Positions 27,320 to 37,916 of a stretch of DNA of 64,000 nucleotides are shown in pieces. The notes below the pieces were generated by a model, which was given only the letters and a program-made list of their open reading frames with translations, ran no database searches and was not told the origin of the DNA. The number at the start of each line of letters is the position of its first letter. Within the stretch, counting starts at the first letter, position 1. Position numbers and translations under genes: made by a program. Source of the stretch: an uncultured Dehalococcoidales bacterium (GTDB lineage: Bacteria; Chloroflexota; Dehalococcoidia; E44-bin15); contig CAZYOO010000001.1 in the NCBI GenBank assembly GCA_964649185.1, forward strand, positions 34,465-98,464, given 5' to 3'.

Positions 27320-29749
27320 ATGATGAGACAGGACAGATTCACTGAACAGGCACAGGAAACGCTGGCCCGCTCCCAGGAGTTGGTGCGCAGCTATAAACAC
27401 AGCCAGTGGGATGTGGAGCACATCCTGCTCGCCATGCTGCAGCAGCCCAAGGGGCTGACCGGCGATATATTGGAGAAGCTGGGGGTGGAGGCCGGTGAGG
27501 TGCGCAGCCGTGTGGAGGAAGTGCTGGCGCAAAGCCCCAAGGTATCATACGAGGGGACAACGTTTTACGCCACGCCGCGCACAGCAAGCCTGTTGGAGAA
27601 CGCCTCTGCTGAGGCCGATCGGCTGAAGGACGAGTTCGTCGGCACCGAGCACATCCTGATAGCCATGGCGGCTGAGCGTGATGGGGCTGCTTCGCAGATA
27701 CTGCGCGATTTCGGCATAGAGCAGGAAAACCTGTATTCGGCGTTGCGTGACATCCGCGGCAGCCAACGGGTAACCGACCCCCATGCCGAGAGTAAATACG
27801 GGGCGCTGGAGAAGTACAGCCGCGACCTTACTATGCTTGCCGAGTCGGGGAAACTGGATCCGGTTATCGGGCGTGAAAAGGAGATCAAGCGGGTGATGCA
27901 GGTGCTCACCAGGCGCACCAAGAATAACCCGGTAATCATCGGCGAAGCGGGCGTGGGCAAGACCGCTATCGTGGAGGGTCTGGCCCAGATGATCGTGAGC
28001 GGCGATGCCCCCGACTCGCTGAAGAACAAGCGGGTGATAGCCCTCGACATGGGGGCGCTGGTCGCCGGCGCCAAGTTCCGCGGCGAGTTCGAGGAACGTT
28101 TGAAGGCGGTGATGGATGAGATCCGCCAGTCACAGGGAGAGATCGTCCTGTTCATCGACGAGATGCACACCGTGGTCGGAGCCGGGGCCGCCGAAGGGGC
28201 CATCGACGCCAGCAACATGCTCAAACCGGCCCTCGCCCGCGGCGAACTGCAGTGCGTGGGGGCGACCACGCTGGACGAATACCGGCAGCACATCGAGAAG
28301 GATGCCGCGCTGGAACGGAGGCTGCAGCCCGTATATGTGGACGAGCCCAGCGAGGAGGACACCGTCGAGATGCTGCGGTCGCTGCGCCCCCGATACGAAG
28401 CGCACCACAAGATCCAAATCACCGATTCCGCCCTGGAGGCAGCGGCGCAGCTGAGCCATCGCTATATATCCGACCGACAACTCCCCGACAAGGCGGTGGA
28501 CCTTATAGACGAGGCGGCGGCAAAGTTGAGGATAGATACCGAAAGCGCCCCCAAGAATGTCAAGGACCTGGAGAGGAAGCTTAACCAGCTGCTCCGTGAG
28601 GAGGAGGCAGCGGCCGAGAAGCAGGATTACGAGCGCGCCTCCCGGCTCAAGATGGAGCGTATCCCGGTAGAACAGGAGTACAACACAGCGAAACAGGCAT
28701 GGCTCCGGGAGGAAAAGATCGACAGCGTGGTGGATGAGGAGGATATCGCCGATCTGGTGTCCAGCTGGACCGGCATCCCCGTGTCCCGCATGCTGGAGGA
28801 GGAGACCGATAAGCTGCTCCAGATGGAGGACAGGCTGCACCAGAGGATCATCGGGCAGGAGGATGCCGTCAGGGTGGTCTCCGAGTCCATCCGGCGGGCG
28901 CGGGCCGGGCTCAAGGACCCGCGGAGGCCGATCGGCAGCTTCATATTCCTCGGCCCTACCGGCGTGGGCAAGACTGAGCTGGCGCGCGCCCTTGCCGAAT
29001 TCCTGTTCGATGACGAGGAAGCCATGGTGCGTCTGGATATGTCGGAGTACATGGAAAGGCACACCGTGTCGCGGCTCATCGGAGCCCCGCCGGGCTACAT
29101 CGGCTATGAAGAGGGGGGGCAGCTGACCGAGGCGGTGCGCCGACGGCCGTATAAAGTGATTCTCCTCGATGAGATGGAGAAGGCTCACCCCAACGTGTTC
29201 AACATCCTGCTCCAGATACTGGAGGACGGGAGGCTCACCGACGGGCATGGCAGGACCGTTGACTTCAAGAACACGGTGGTGATTATGACCTCGAACCTGG
29301 GCACGGAGGAATTCGAACGGAATTCTATGGGTTTCTCTAAGGAGCCGAAGGGTGAGATGGAGCAGCGGAAGCGTGCCATCGAGGAAGCATTGAAGAAGAC
29401 ATTTCGCCCCGAGTTCCTCAATCGCCTCGACGAGGTGGTGATATTCAAGCCCCTCACCGAGGAGCAGATCAACCTTATCGTCGATCTGATGCTGAAGGAT
29501 ATCCAGAAGCGTCTCGAGGAGCGCAGGATAACGGTGGAATTGACGGAGGAGGCGAAGGCGCAACTGGCCAAGGAAGGCTTCGATCCCACGTTCGGGGCCA
29601 GGCCCCTGCGCCGCACTCTTCAGCGCCGTATCGAGAACCCGCTGTCGACCAAGATACTGCAAGGGGAATTCAAGGAGGGCGACCACGTTGTGGTCGGCAC
29701 GGGGGCTGAAGGATTCACCTTCTCGGCCAAACGCAAGAAGGGAAAGTAG
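27320..29749 (+). CDS. Clp/Hsp100 AAA+ chaperone ATPase with two NBDs and a short UVR-like middle domain; ClpC/ClpB family
   Basis: 809 aa with two Clp N-repeats, Walker A GEAGVGKT and GPTGVGKT, and a linker of about 85 aa between the NBDs ([32 protein letters not shown]), which is shorter than a canonical ClpB M-domain. Confidence 0.85.
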   Translation: MMRQDRFTEQAQETLARSQELVRSYKHSQWDVEHILLAMLQQPKGLTGDILEKLGVEAGEVRSRVEEVLAQSPKVSYEGTTFYATPRTASLLENASAEADRLKDEFVGTEHILIAMAAERDGAASQILRDFGIEQENLYSALRDIRGSQRVTDPHAESKYGALEKYSRDLTMLAESGKLDPVIGREKEIKRVMQVLTRRTKNNPVIIGEAGVGKTAIVEGLAQMIVSGDAPDSLKNKRVIALDMGALVAGAKFRGEFEERLKAVMDEIRQSQGEIVLFIDEMHTVVGAGAAEGAIDASNMLKPALARGELQCVGATTLDEYRQHIEKDAALERRLQPVYVDEPSEEDTVEMLRSLRPRYEAHHKIQITDSALEAAAQLSHRYISDRQLPDKAVDLIDEAAAKLRIDTESAPKNVKDLERKLNQLLREEEAAAEKQDYERASRLKMERIPVEQEYNTAKQAWLREEKIDSVVDEEDIADLVSSWTGIPVSRMLEEETDKLLQMEDRLHQRIIGQEDAVRVVSESIRRARAGLKDPRRPIGSFIFLGPTGVGKTELARALAEFLFDDEEAMVRLDMSEYMERHTVSRLIGAPPGYIGYEEGGQLTEAVRRRPYKVILLDEMEKAHPNVFNILLQILEDGRLTDGHGRTVDFKNTVVIMTSNLGTEEFERNSMGFSKEPKGEMEQRKRAIEEALKKTFRPEFLNRLDEVVIFKPLTEEQINLIVDLMLKDIQKRLEERRITVELTEEAKAQLAKEGFDPTFGARPLRRTLQRRIENPLSTKILQGEFKEGDHVVVGTGAEGFTFSAKRKKGK

Positions 29750-29849
29750 GGGGACGGCATCGGCACAGTTCCCCGACAGGATATGATCCCGTGCGGATGC
29801 CCCTTGACTTACTCGCTGCTTATCTGTAACCTTTCACCACAGAAGCATT

Positions 29850-30464
29850 ATGGATGAGCATGAGGATGCCATCGACATTATCGCCGAAGAGGAACTGGCG
29901 CCGATCGTCCAGCGGCGCTGGATCAGGCGGCACTGGGTAAGCCTGACCACTATAATCGCTGTAGCGGTCCTCAGCATCGCCATCTACTTCAGCAGAGGCT
30001 TGACCGGAGATGTAGAGGCTTATGGCTACCTGGGCGTTTTCATAATAGCCATACTGGGTGCTGCAGTTATAATCGTGCCGGTGCCGCACCTGCCTTTCAT
30101 ATTCATCATGGGTGCGATACTGAACCCGTGGCTGGTGGGGTTGATGGCGGGGCTCGGCGAGCCCATCGGCGAGATACCGGCGTACATGGCGGGATTCAGC
30201 GGACGCAGCTCGATGCAGAACAGGAAGGTCTACATCAAGCTGAGGGAGTGGATGCGGCGGCGCGGCACCATAGTGCTGTTCCTGTTCTCCGCTATACCCA
30301 ACTTCTTCTTCGATATCGTAGGGGCTGTCGCTGGCGCCATGCACTACCCCTTCTGGAAATATATGCTGGTGGTGTTCGCCGGCAAGACGGTCAAGGGTCT
30401 GCTGGTTGCCTTCGCCGGGTACTGGACACTGCGCCTGCTGCTGAACTTCCTGATCCCGTGGTGA
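29850..30464 (+). CDS. DedA/VTT-domain (TVP38/TMEM64-like) membrane protein
   Basis: 204 aa and multi-pass. It has the GYLGVFIIAILGAAVIIVPVPHLPF and GEPIGEIPAYMAGFSGR motifs. Confidence 0.55.
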   Translation: MDEHEDAIDIIAEEELAPIVQRRWIRRHWVSLTTIIAVAVLSIAIYFSRGLTGDVEAYGYLGVFIIAILGAAVIIVPVPHLPFIFIMGAILNPWLVGLMAGLGEPIGEIPAYMAGFSGRSSMQNRKVYIKLREWMRRRGTIVLFLFSAIPNFFFDIVGAVAGAMHYPFWKYMLVVFAGKTVKGLLVAFAGYWTLRLLLNFLIPW

Positions 30465-30485
30465 TCCAACATTGATGAGATAGCG

Positions 30486-31163
30486 ATGGAAAGGGTCGGG
30501 GTTATCGTTGTTGCAGCCGGCGCGGGCAAGCGCATGGCCGGCACGGACAAGATATTCATCCCGCTGGCGGGGAAGCCGTTGCTGGCTTATACCCTTGGTG
30601 CTTTTCAGTCATGTTCTGCCGTCGACGATATCGTTCTGGTGCTTCCCCAAGGACGGTTGAATGAAGGAAAGCAACTGATCGAGGAACACGATATATCGAA
30701 GGTGAAGGACATCTGTGCCGGCGGCGAGCGCCGTCAGGATTCGGTGAAGGCAGGCTTGCAGCGGCTCGGCGGGTGCCGCTGGGTGCTGATCCACGACGGG
30801 GCACGCCCCTGCGTTAGCCGACGGTTGATCGAGGATTCGCTGGAGGTGGTTCGCGACAGCGGGGCTGCCATACCGGTAATCCCGGTGGGCGATACGATCA
30901 AGATCGTCTCCGACGATCTCTATGTTGAAGGGACGTTATCGCGTGACCGCCTCTGGTTGGTGCAGACCCCCCAGTCATTTAGATTTGATATAATAAACGA
31001 GGCTCACCATCAGGCACAGGGTGATGTCACCGATGACGCCATGCTGGTGGAGCGCCTGGGCTATAAGGTCAGGGTATTCCCCGGATCGCGTGCCAACATC
31101 AAGGTGACCACCCCCGATGATCTGCCCATCGCTGAGGCCATCTTGAAGAATATCGACCGGTGA
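30486..31163 (+). CDS. ispD: 2-C-methyl-D-erythritol 4-phosphate cytidylyltransferase
   Basis: VIVVAAGAGKRMAGTDKIFIPLAGKPLLAYTL…. Confidence 0.85.
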   Translation: MERVGVIVVAAGAGKRMAGTDKIFIPLAGKPLLAYTLGAFQSCSAVDDIVLVLPQGRLNEGKQLIEEHDISKVKDICAGGERRQDSVKAGLQRLGGCRWVLIHDGARPCVSRRLIEDSLEVVRDSGAAIPVIPVGDTIKIVSDDLYVEGTLSRDRLWLVQTPQSFRFDIINEAHHQAQGDVTDDAMLVERLGYKVRVFPGSRANIKVTTPDDLPIAEAILKNIDR

Positions 31164-31180
31164 CGGTCAGGTTATAGAAT

Positions 31181-31660
31181 ATGCGTATAGGGTTCGGCTA
31201 CGACGTTCACCCCTTGATCGAGGGCAGGCCGTTGATACTCGGCGGTTCCGAAATAGCTTTCGAGCGAGGCCTCGGCGGGCACAGCGATGCCGATGTGCTG
31301 GTGCATGCCGTGATCGATGCCATCCTCGGCGCTGCCGCCATGCGGGATATCGGCTTTCACTTCCCTGACAGCGACCCCCGCTACAGGGATATGTCCAGCA
31401 TGATATTGCTGAAGGAAACCGGTGCTAAACTGGTCGATCGCGGCTTCAGAATAGCGAACATCGATTCCACCATTGTGTGCGCGGGGCCTCGGCTGGCGGA
31501 CTACATCGACGACATGGTTGATAACTTCTGCACAACCCTTAACATCGATCGCAATCAGGTATCGGTCAAGGCCTCCAGCTCCAACGGTGTCGGCCCGTTA
31601 GGGCGAGGCGAGGGCATCGCCGCATATGCGGTAGCTCTGATCGAGGAAACGAGCGAATGA
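31181..31660 (+). CDS. ispF: 2-C-methyl-D-erythritol 2,4-cyclodiphosphate synthase
   Basis: [22 protein letters not shown]…[18 protein letters not shown]…. Confidence 0.9.
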   Translation: MRIGFGYDVHPLIEGRPLILGGSEIAFERGLGGHSDADVLVHAVIDAILGAAAMRDIGFHFPDSDPRYRDMSSMILLKETGAKLVDRGFRIANIDSTIVCAGPRLADYIDDMVDNFCTTLNIDRNQVSVKASSSNGVGPLGRGEGIAAYAVALIEETSE

Positions 31661-33078
31661 TGAAGATATATAACACGCTTTCTGCAAAGAAAGAGGACTT
31701 CATTCCCACCGACGATACGGTGAAGATGTACGTCTGTGGTGTCACCCCCTACAGCGAGTGCCATATCGGGCACGCCATGAGCTATGTCCTGTTCGATGTC
31801 ATCCGCCGCTACCTGGAATATCGAGGGTATAGGGTTAAGTACGTCCAGAATTTCACCGACATAGACGATAAGCTGATCGCCCGCTCCAATCAAACCGGCA
31901 AACCCGTCAAGGAGATAGCAGAAGGTTTCATCGATGAGTATTTCAGGGATATGGATGCCCTGAACATAAAGCGTGTCGACCTGTACCCCCGCGCCACCGA
32001 GGAGATACCCAAGATCATCGAGGTCATAAACGGGCTGACGGAAAAGGGCCATGCCTACGCCATGGGTGGAGACGTATATTTCCGCGTCAACAGCTTCCCC
32101 GAATACGGCAAGCTGAGCCATCGCAAACTGGATGACATGATCAGCGAGCCGGCGGAGGGAGTTGAGAAGGAATCCCCCCTGGACTTCACCCTGTGGAAGG
32201 GCGCCAAGCCCGGCGAGCCGCAGTGGGACAGCCCCTGGGGCCCGGGCAGGCCGGGGTGGCATATCGAGTGCAGCGCTATGTCGCTGGAATACCTCGGTGA
32301 GACGCTGGACATCCACGGCGGGGGCCAGGACCTCGTGTTCCCCCATCACGAGAACGAGATAGCCCAGTCCGAGGCCTTCACCGGGGTCAAGCCCTTCGTC
32401 AAATACTGGATGCATAACGGGCTGCTGCAGCTCGGCGGCGAGAAGATGAGCAAGTCGCTGGGCAACCTGATAACGGTGAGGAAAGCGCTGGAGCAATACA
32501 GTCCGGATGCGATACGGCTGTTCATACTCAGCTCCCACTATCGTAGCCCGCTGACCTGCAGTGACGAAGGGTGGGAGTCCGCCGAGCGCGGTGTCGAGCG
32601 TCTCCGCACCGCAGCCTGCCGCGAGGGCGGCACCAAGGGTTCCGAGATCGATACCGCTTTCCATCGTCAACGCTTCATCGATGCCATGGACGATGATTTC
32701 AACACCGCACAGGGGCTTGCCGTCCTCTTCGATCTGGCTCGCGATATCAACCGCGCCGCCGAGGAGGGCTACGATGTCGGTACAGCCCAGGCGACACTGA
32801 AGAAGCTATCCACAGATATACTGGGGCTGACGCTGGAGGAGCGGGAGGTTCAGCTGGATGCTACTCCGTTCAGCGAGCTGGCCAGATCGATAGGCATCGG
32901 GCAGCCCGACGAAGAGCAGACGGCAGCCCACTACATAGAGCTGCTGATGCGGAAGCGCGAAGAGGCGCGCAAAGGGAAGGATTGGAAGCTTGCCGACAGC
33001 ATACGCAGCGGGCTGGCAGGACTGGGCATCACCCTTGAGGATACACCCAAGGGCACGGTGTGGCGTCATAAGGCATAG
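31657..33078 (+). CDS. cysS: Cysteine--tRNA ligase
   Basis: A HIGH motif (CHIGHA) and a KMSKSLGN motif; the ispDF-cysS arrangement is classic. Confidence 0.9.
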   Translation: MMKIYNTLSAKKEDFIPTDDTVKMYVCGVTPYSECHIGHAMSYVLFDVIRRYLEYRGYRVKYVQNFTDIDDKLIARSNQTGKPVKEIAEGFIDEYFRDMDALNIKRVDLYPRATEEIPKIIEVINGLTEKGHAYAMGGDVYFRVNSFPEYGKLSHRKLDDMISEPAEGVEKESPLDFTLWKGAKPGEPQWDSPWGPGRPGWHIECSAMSLEYLGETLDIHGGGQDLVFPHHENEIAQSEAFTGVKPFVKYWMHNGLLQLGGEKMSKSLGNLITVRKALEQYSPDAIRLFILSSHYRSPLTCSDEGWESAERGVERLRTAACREGGTKGSEIDTAFHRQRFIDAMDDDFNTAQGLAVLFDLARDINRAAEEGYDVGTAQATLKKLSTDILGLTLEEREVQLDATPFSELARSIGIGQPDEEQTAAHYIELLMRKREEARKGKDWKLADSIRSGLAGLGITLEDTPKGTVWRHKA

Positions 33079-33089
33079 GACCTGCAACA

Positions 33090-33995
33090 CTATCCGGTGT
33101 AAGTGGCGATGATGATGCCCACCGACATCAGCGTGGGGGTCAGCAGCACGCTCATCACGTTCATCCCCAGCGCAGGTATAAGTCTTGGCATATCGCTGTG
33201 ATGTTTTAGCGCCCCTGTCATAGCCTTCAGCCCCAGCGGCAGCGTGGCCAGTCCCAGCAGCGCCCATAACGGAAGCGACCCGATAGCGGCCCCTATGACT
33301 ATCACCGCATATGCCAGCACGGCTATTGCACAGTAGACCCAGGCAGACTTGGCCCTGCCGATAATTATCGGCAAATGCTTCCTCCCTGCCGGCCGGTCGG
33401 CCTCCACGTCGGGGAACTCGTTTATCAGCAGCAGGTTGGCGATCAGCAGGCCGGCCACCAGCGAGACCAGCACTGAGGACAGACGGTAGGCTCCGGACTG
33501 GGTGACATACATGCCGAGCACCATCAGCCCGAACCCCAGCCCCGGCCCCACCAACTCGGTTATCCCCGGCAACCGGGTCAGATAAGGCGTGTACAGCAGG
33601 ATGATCAGCACCCCTACGATCCCCAATGGCAGGATGGCCCACGTATAGATGACTGCGAAATAGATGCCTATGGCAACGACCACGGCCAGGCTGCCCAGCC
33701 CCAGCATCAGCGCCTGGCCGGGTTTGAGCAAGCCTGCAGGCAACAGTCCGCTGCCGCCGCTGAAGGGCGTTCGCTGGGTGCGGGAATCGATGCCCGTCCT
33801 GTAGTCCGAGTATTCGTTGAGCACATTCACGCTTATATGTGCGAACAGGGCTCCGATGAAGGCCAGGGCGAAGTACAGCGGTCGGAAAGGGTAGCCATCG
33901 TAGAGTGATGCAGCCACGCCGGTAAAAACACATACCGGCACCAGCAACAGGAAGCTGGGCCTGGTCTCCAGAAACCAGACTTTCAAACCCGCCAC
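33090..33995 (-). CDS. UbiA-family prenyltransferase (MenA-like)
   Basis: 301 aa with 8-9 TM helices and Asp-rich motifs NVLNEYSDYRTGID and DVEADR. Confidence 0.7.
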   Translation of the reverse strand: MAGLKVWFLETRPSFLLLVPVCVFTGVAASLYDGYPFRPLYFALAFIGALFAHISVNVLNEYSDYRTGIDSRTQRTPFSGGSGLLPAGLLKPGQALMLGLGSLAVVVAIGIYFAVIYTWAILPLGIVGVLIILLYTPYLTRLPGITELVGPGLGFGLMVLGMYVTQSGAYRLSSVLVSLVAGLLIANLLLINEFPDVEADRPAGRKHLPIIIGRAKSAWVYCAIAVLAYAVIVIGAAIGSLPLWALLGLATLPLGLKAMTGALKHHSDMPRLIPALGMNVMSVLLTPTLMSVGIIIATYTG

Positions 33996-33998
33996 GCG

Positions 33999-34802
33999 TT
34001 ACCTCCTTAACCGACCCTTGAGCGAAGCCTTATTTATCCCCACCTTCACCTCATCCCCCACCCTGGACTTGAGGAACTTGGCAGCACTGCCGTTCTTGAC
34101 CGAAACCTCCAGCCTGCTCTCCGAGCCCATGATCGCCAGCAGGTCCTCGCCCTCTTCATACGATGGGCTCAGGTCATCGATGATGTGCCCTCCGACCTCG
34201 ACGAACAGATGCGCCGGCGGTAGGTCGGCCTCCCTGATGTCGGTTATCAGGTTCCCGAAGCGGTCGATGTGTATCACCCTGCCTTTGAGAACGCCGTCCT
34301 CCCCCACCTGCGGTCTGGGAATGAATATGGTGGCGATCGATGGAATGACATCACCGAACTCGCCGGGCGGTACCCCCTTCGACAGGTGGGCTGCCACCGG
34401 GGCGAACACATCCCTCCCGTGGAAGGTACTGCTAACCGGTGTGTTCCAGTAGCGCTCGTTTGTCAGCGCTATAGCCTCCACATTGGGCAGTGATTCCTCC
34501 ACCACGTAGCCCAGCACCCCGTTGTCGGGCCCGATGAAAAACCCGCCCGGGGTTACCAGCAATATCGCCTGTCGCTTGGTTCCCACGCCCGGATCAACGA
34601 CCGCTATGTGTATGGATCCCATGGGGTAGTAACGCTGCGTTGTACTCAGGATGTATGCCCCCTGAGCCAAGTCCTGGGGCCTCACGGTGTGGCTGATATC
34701 GACTATGTTGGCTTCGGGGTCGATAGAGAGTATCACCCCCTTCATGACCGCCACATAGGGATCATTTACGCCGAAATCGGTGGTCAGGGTGATGATTGCC
34801 AT
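33999..34802 (-). CDS. S-adenosyl-L-methionine hydroxide adenosyltransferase family protein (DUF62; fluorinase/chlorinase homologue)
   Basis: MAIITLTTDFGVNDPYVAVMKGVILSIDP…IVDISHTV… is the DUF62 signature. Confidence 0.75.
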   Translation of the reverse strand: MAIITLTTDFGVNDPYVAVMKGVILSIDPEANIVDISHTVRPQDLAQGAYILSTTQRYYPMGSIHIAVVDPGVGTKRQAILLVTPGGFFIGPDNGVLGYVVEESLPNVEAIALTNERYWNTPVSSTFHGRDVFAPVAAHLSKGVPPGEFGDVIPSIATIFIPRPQVGEDGVLKGRVIHIDRFGNLITDIREADLPPAHLFVEVGGHIIDDLSPSYEEGEDLLAIMGSESRLEVSVKNGSAAKFLKSRVGDEVKVGINKASLKGRLRR

Positions 34803-34806
34803 AATG

Positions 34807-35028
34807 CTAGCCGCTGGCCTGCACCGAAAGTATCGATATGATGACGAAGATCACCATCAGGACGATGGTGAAGCGGAACAGGGTCTTCTCTATCCCCCGT
34901 TTGGTGCGATACATGCCGGTCTGCTGGCCGAATATGCCGCCCAGGCCGCCACCCCTCACCTGGAGCAGAAAAACCGCGATTAGCACGATAGCAAGAATTA
35001 TCTGTGCAACGTAAAGGTAAGTCTCCAT
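34807..35028 (-). CDS. secG: Preprotein translocase subunit SecG
   Basis: 73 aa with two TM helices and a glycine-rich loop (RGGGLGGIFG). Confidence 0.8.
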   Translation of the reverse strand: METYLYVAQIILAIVLIAVFLLQVRGGGLGGIFGQQTGMYRTKRGIEKTLFRFTIVLMVIFVIISILSVQASG

Positions 35029-35029
35029 G

Positions 35030-36487
35030 CTATTCCCCCAGCCTCTCTTTCAATAATTCAGTAACCACAGCGTGATTGGCGCGCCCCCTTGTCTCCCGCA
35101 TCACCTGCCCCACGAGGAACTGGAGCGCCTGTTCCTTCCCCTGTCTGTAATCAGCGACCGCTTTACCGTTCGCCGCTATCACCTTATCCACCGCATTCCC
35201 TATCTCCCCGGCATCGCTTATCTGGGTAAGGCCCTGATCATTGACGACCTCAACAGCGCTCTTCCCGCTGCTGAACATCTCCTCGAACACCGATTTAGCC
35301 GTAGGCACACTTATTTTCCCACTATCCACCATCTTTATCAACTCCACCATCAGGTCGGGTTTGACCTCTGATGCCTGTATCTCGGTATCGGTAGCGTTCA
35401 GCAGCCTGGTGAACTCCCCCAGCATCCAGTTGCTTACCGCTTTAGCCAGTCCCATGCGCTTCGACTCCTCTAGTAAATCAAGGCACGCCTCGAAATAATC
35501 AGCCGTCGCCTTGGACAGGGTGAGCAGGCCGGCATCGTAATCCGTAAGGCCATAATCGGCCATGAACCTTCCCCTCCTTGCCTCGGGGAGCTCGGGCAGC
35601 CGTCCCCTGATCTCCTCCACCCAATCCCGCTCGAATACCATAGGCGGCAGATCCGGCTCGGGGAAATAGCGGTAATCATGGGCGTACTCCTTACTGCGCT
35701 GCGACACCGTTATCCCCTTGTCCTCCACCCATCCCCTGGTCTCCTGCACCAGCCGCTCCCCGGCATCGACCGCCCTTCGTTGCCGCTGCTCCTCATACTG
35801 CAGGGCGCGGTACACCGCCTTGAAGCTGTTCATATTCTTGATCTCGACCTTCACCGAGTACTCTCCGCCCACCGGCCTGATGCTGATATTGGCGTCGCAG
35901 CGAAAGCTGCCCTCCTCCATATTGCCGGTGGACACACCGAGGAACTGGAGGATGGCGCGCAGCTTTATAAGGTACTGCCTGGCCTCCTCCGGCGAACGCA
36001 GGTCGGGCTCCCCCACTATCTCCATAAGGGGCACGCCAGCGCGGTTTACGTCCACCAAGCTGTACGATTCGCCTCGGGTCGGCGAGCGATGGGTCAGCCT
36101 GGCCGTATCCTCCTCCAGGTGCACCCGCGTTATAGCTGCCCTGCGTTTCTGGCCGTAGGCCTCGATATCCAGCCAGCCGCCGACACCCACCGGTTCGTCG
36201 TACTGTGATATCTGGTACCCTTTCATCAGATCGGGGTAAGGGTAGTTCTTGCGGTCGAACTTGGTGTATTCGGGTATGGTGCAATTCAGCGCCAGGGCGG
36301 TCATCGCCGTGTATTCCAGGGCCTTGCTGTTGATGACCGGCAGCACGCCGGGCATACCCAGGCACACCGGGCATACGTGGGTATTGGGCTCCGTGCTGGC
36401 GTAGTCCGCGCTGCAGGTACAGAACATCTTGCTCTCCGTGAGCAACTGCGCGTGCACCTCCAGCCCGATGACCGTCTCGTAATCCAT
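35030..36487 (-). CDS. gatB: Asp-tRNA(Asn)/Glu-tRNA(Gln) amidotransferase subunit B
   Basis: 485 aa, [26 protein letters not shown]…. Confidence 0.9.
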   Translation of the reverse strand: MDYETVIGLEVHAQLLTESKMFCTCSADYASTEPNTHVCPVCLGMPGVLPVINSKALEYTAMTALALNCTIPEYTKFDRKNYPYPDLMKGYQISQYDEPVGVGGWLDIEAYGQKRRAAITRVHLEEDTARLTHRSPTRGESYSLVDVNRAGVPLMEIVGEPDLRSPEEARQYLIKLRAILQFLGVSTGNMEEGSFRCDANISIRPVGGEYSVKVEIKNMNSFKAVYRALQYEEQRQRRAVDAGERLVQETRGWVEDKGITVSQRSKEYAHDYRYFPEPDLPPMVFERDWVEEIRGRLPELPEARRGRFMADYGLTDYDAGLLTLSKATADYFEACLDLLEESKRMGLAKAVSNWMLGEFTRLLNATDTEIQASEVKPDLMVELIKMVDSGKISVPTAKSVFEEMFSSGKSAVEVVNDQGLTQISDAGEIGNAVDKVIAANGKAVADYRQGKEQALQFLVGQVMRETRGRANHAVVTELLKERLGE

Positions 36488-36509
36488 ATCGTGGCTAGTA
36501 TATCAACCT

Positions 36510-37175
36510 TTGGGTAGCGGGACAAGGGCCAGCTTGACAAGGCTTGCTCATCGCTGGTATCGTATCTGGGTGTTCACTATAGAAGAGGTTGTCACCAATT
36601 GGGGTATCGCAGACCCCCTCATCGTCTTCATCGTCTCCATGCTGCCTATATCCGAGCTCAGGGGAGCGATCCCGATAGGTATCAACGTTTTAGACATGCA
36701 CTGGTACCACGCCTTTCCAATAGCCTATGTCGGCAACCTCGTTCCCGTGCCGTTCCTCTTCTTCTTAATGGAACGGATACGGCGGCTCTCAGCCAGGATG
36801 GGTGTCATCGGGGTATTGGTGGAGAAGTTCCTCAACCGCACCCGCAGGCGTGCCGAGTTCATCGAGAAGTATGGCCGGGTCGGGCTCGCTCTCTTCGTCG
36901 CCATCCCCCTGCCTATAACCGGAGCATGGACCGGGATAATTGCCGCCTACCTCCTCGGGATGCGGTTCAGGGATACGATAATACCGGTCTGCGCCGGGGT
37001 GCTCATATCCGGAACCATTGTCACCCTGCTGAGCCTTTACGTCCCCGAATTGCTCGACAGGCTGGGGTGGGGACCGGTGGTCGCGGTTACCGCCGTTATA
37101 TTGATAGCGCTGGCCGCCTGGTGGCTGTGGCCGCGCAAGGGCAAACGAGAGAAGCAGGAAGAGCCGAACCCCTGA
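36510..37175 (+). CDS. Putative small multidrug export protein family (COG2426-like) membrane protein; start uncertain (GTG 36570 or ATG 36639 possible)
   Basis: …SMLPISELRGAIPIGINV… with 4 TM helices. The track ORF start lies only 22 bp from the divergent gatB start, so the real start is probably downstream. Confidence 0.45.
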   Translation: MGSGTRASLTRLAHRWYRIWVFTIEEVVTNWGIADPLIVFIVSMLPISELRGAIPIGINVLDMHWYHAFPIAYVGNLVPVPFLFFLMERIRRLSARMGVIGVLVEKFLNRTRRRAEFIEKYGRVGLALFVAIPLPITGAWTGIIAAYLLGMRFRDTIIPVCAGVLISGTIVTLLSLYVPELLDRLGWGPVVAVTAVILIALAAWWLWPRKGKREKQEEPNP

Positions 37176-37814
37176 TTATTCCTCGCTCCACGCCCCTTCC
37201 CCGATAAGCGGGACGAAGCGACAAGCGGTCAGGTTCCTCACTACCGGCTCACCGTCGCGCTTGATAACCTGAAGCAGGTTCTGTTCCCAGCGCGAGCCGA
37301 CCGGTATCACCAGGCGCCCTCCCATATTCAATTGATCCAGCAGCTCCGGTGGGATTTTAGGGGCGGCAGCGGTAACCACTATCGCGTCGTAGGGCGCACA
37401 GGGAGGCCACCCCAGCCTATCGCCCGCAGGGTGGATCTCCACGTTGGTATATCCCAGGCTCTTCAATATGCGCTCCGCCATTTTTGCCAGTGCGGCGACC
37501 CTCTCTACGGAAACCACCTTTCCGGCCATCTCGGCGAGGATCGCCGTCTGGTAGCCGCAGCCGGTGCCCAGCTCCAGCACCTTCTCGTTACCGGTCAGCT
37601 CCATCGACTGGGTCATCAGAGCCACGATGAACGGCTGCGAGATGGTCTGCCCCTGCCCTATCGGCAGCGGACGGTCGTCATAGGCATATCGCCGGCTCTC
37701 TGCGGGCACGAACAGCTCGCGCGGCACTCGAGCCATGGTCTCCAGCACCCGCTCATCCTCGATCTCCCTCCGCAGGCGCTCCAGCAGCCTCTCGCGATCA
37801 GTCTCCAAGTCCAC
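37176..37814 (-). CDS. pcm: Protein-L-isoaspartate O-methyltransferase
   Basis: TISQPFIVALMTQSMELTGNEKVLELGTGCGYQTAILAE…. Confidence 0.9.
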   Translation of the reverse strand: MDLETDRERLLERLRREIEDERVLETMARVPRELFVPAESRRYAYDDRPLPIGQGQTISQPFIVALMTQSMELTGNEKVLELGTGCGYQTAILAEMAGKVVSVERVAALAKMAERILKSLGYTNVEIHPAGDRLGWPPCAPYDAIVVTAAAPKIPPELLDQLNMGGRLVIPVGSRWEQNLLQVIKRDGEPVVRNLTACRFVPLIGEGAWSEE

Positions 37815-37871
37815 AGCTGGTTCCTATCCCGATATATCGCAATCTACCACAAAGCCAACACCGTATCAAGG

Positions 37872-37900
37872 TTGACGGCAGGTATATTGCCTGAGATAAT
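37872..37900 (+). promoter_or_regulatory. Putative promoter TTGACG-N17-GATAAT for the NMO/NTF2/DUF72 operon
   Basis: TTGACGgcaggtatattgcctgaGATAAT, followed by a GGAGG RBS and ATG 37917. Confidence 0.4.
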
Positions 37901-37916
37901 GCAGCCGGAGGTTCGC

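Noticed and set aside
36534-36566. TTGACA-N17/19-TATCGT promoter-like sequence upstream of the small-multidrug-export gene
   Set aside because: It lies inside the track ORF, the -10 is weak, and the start-codon choice is ambiguous. It is not reported as a feature.
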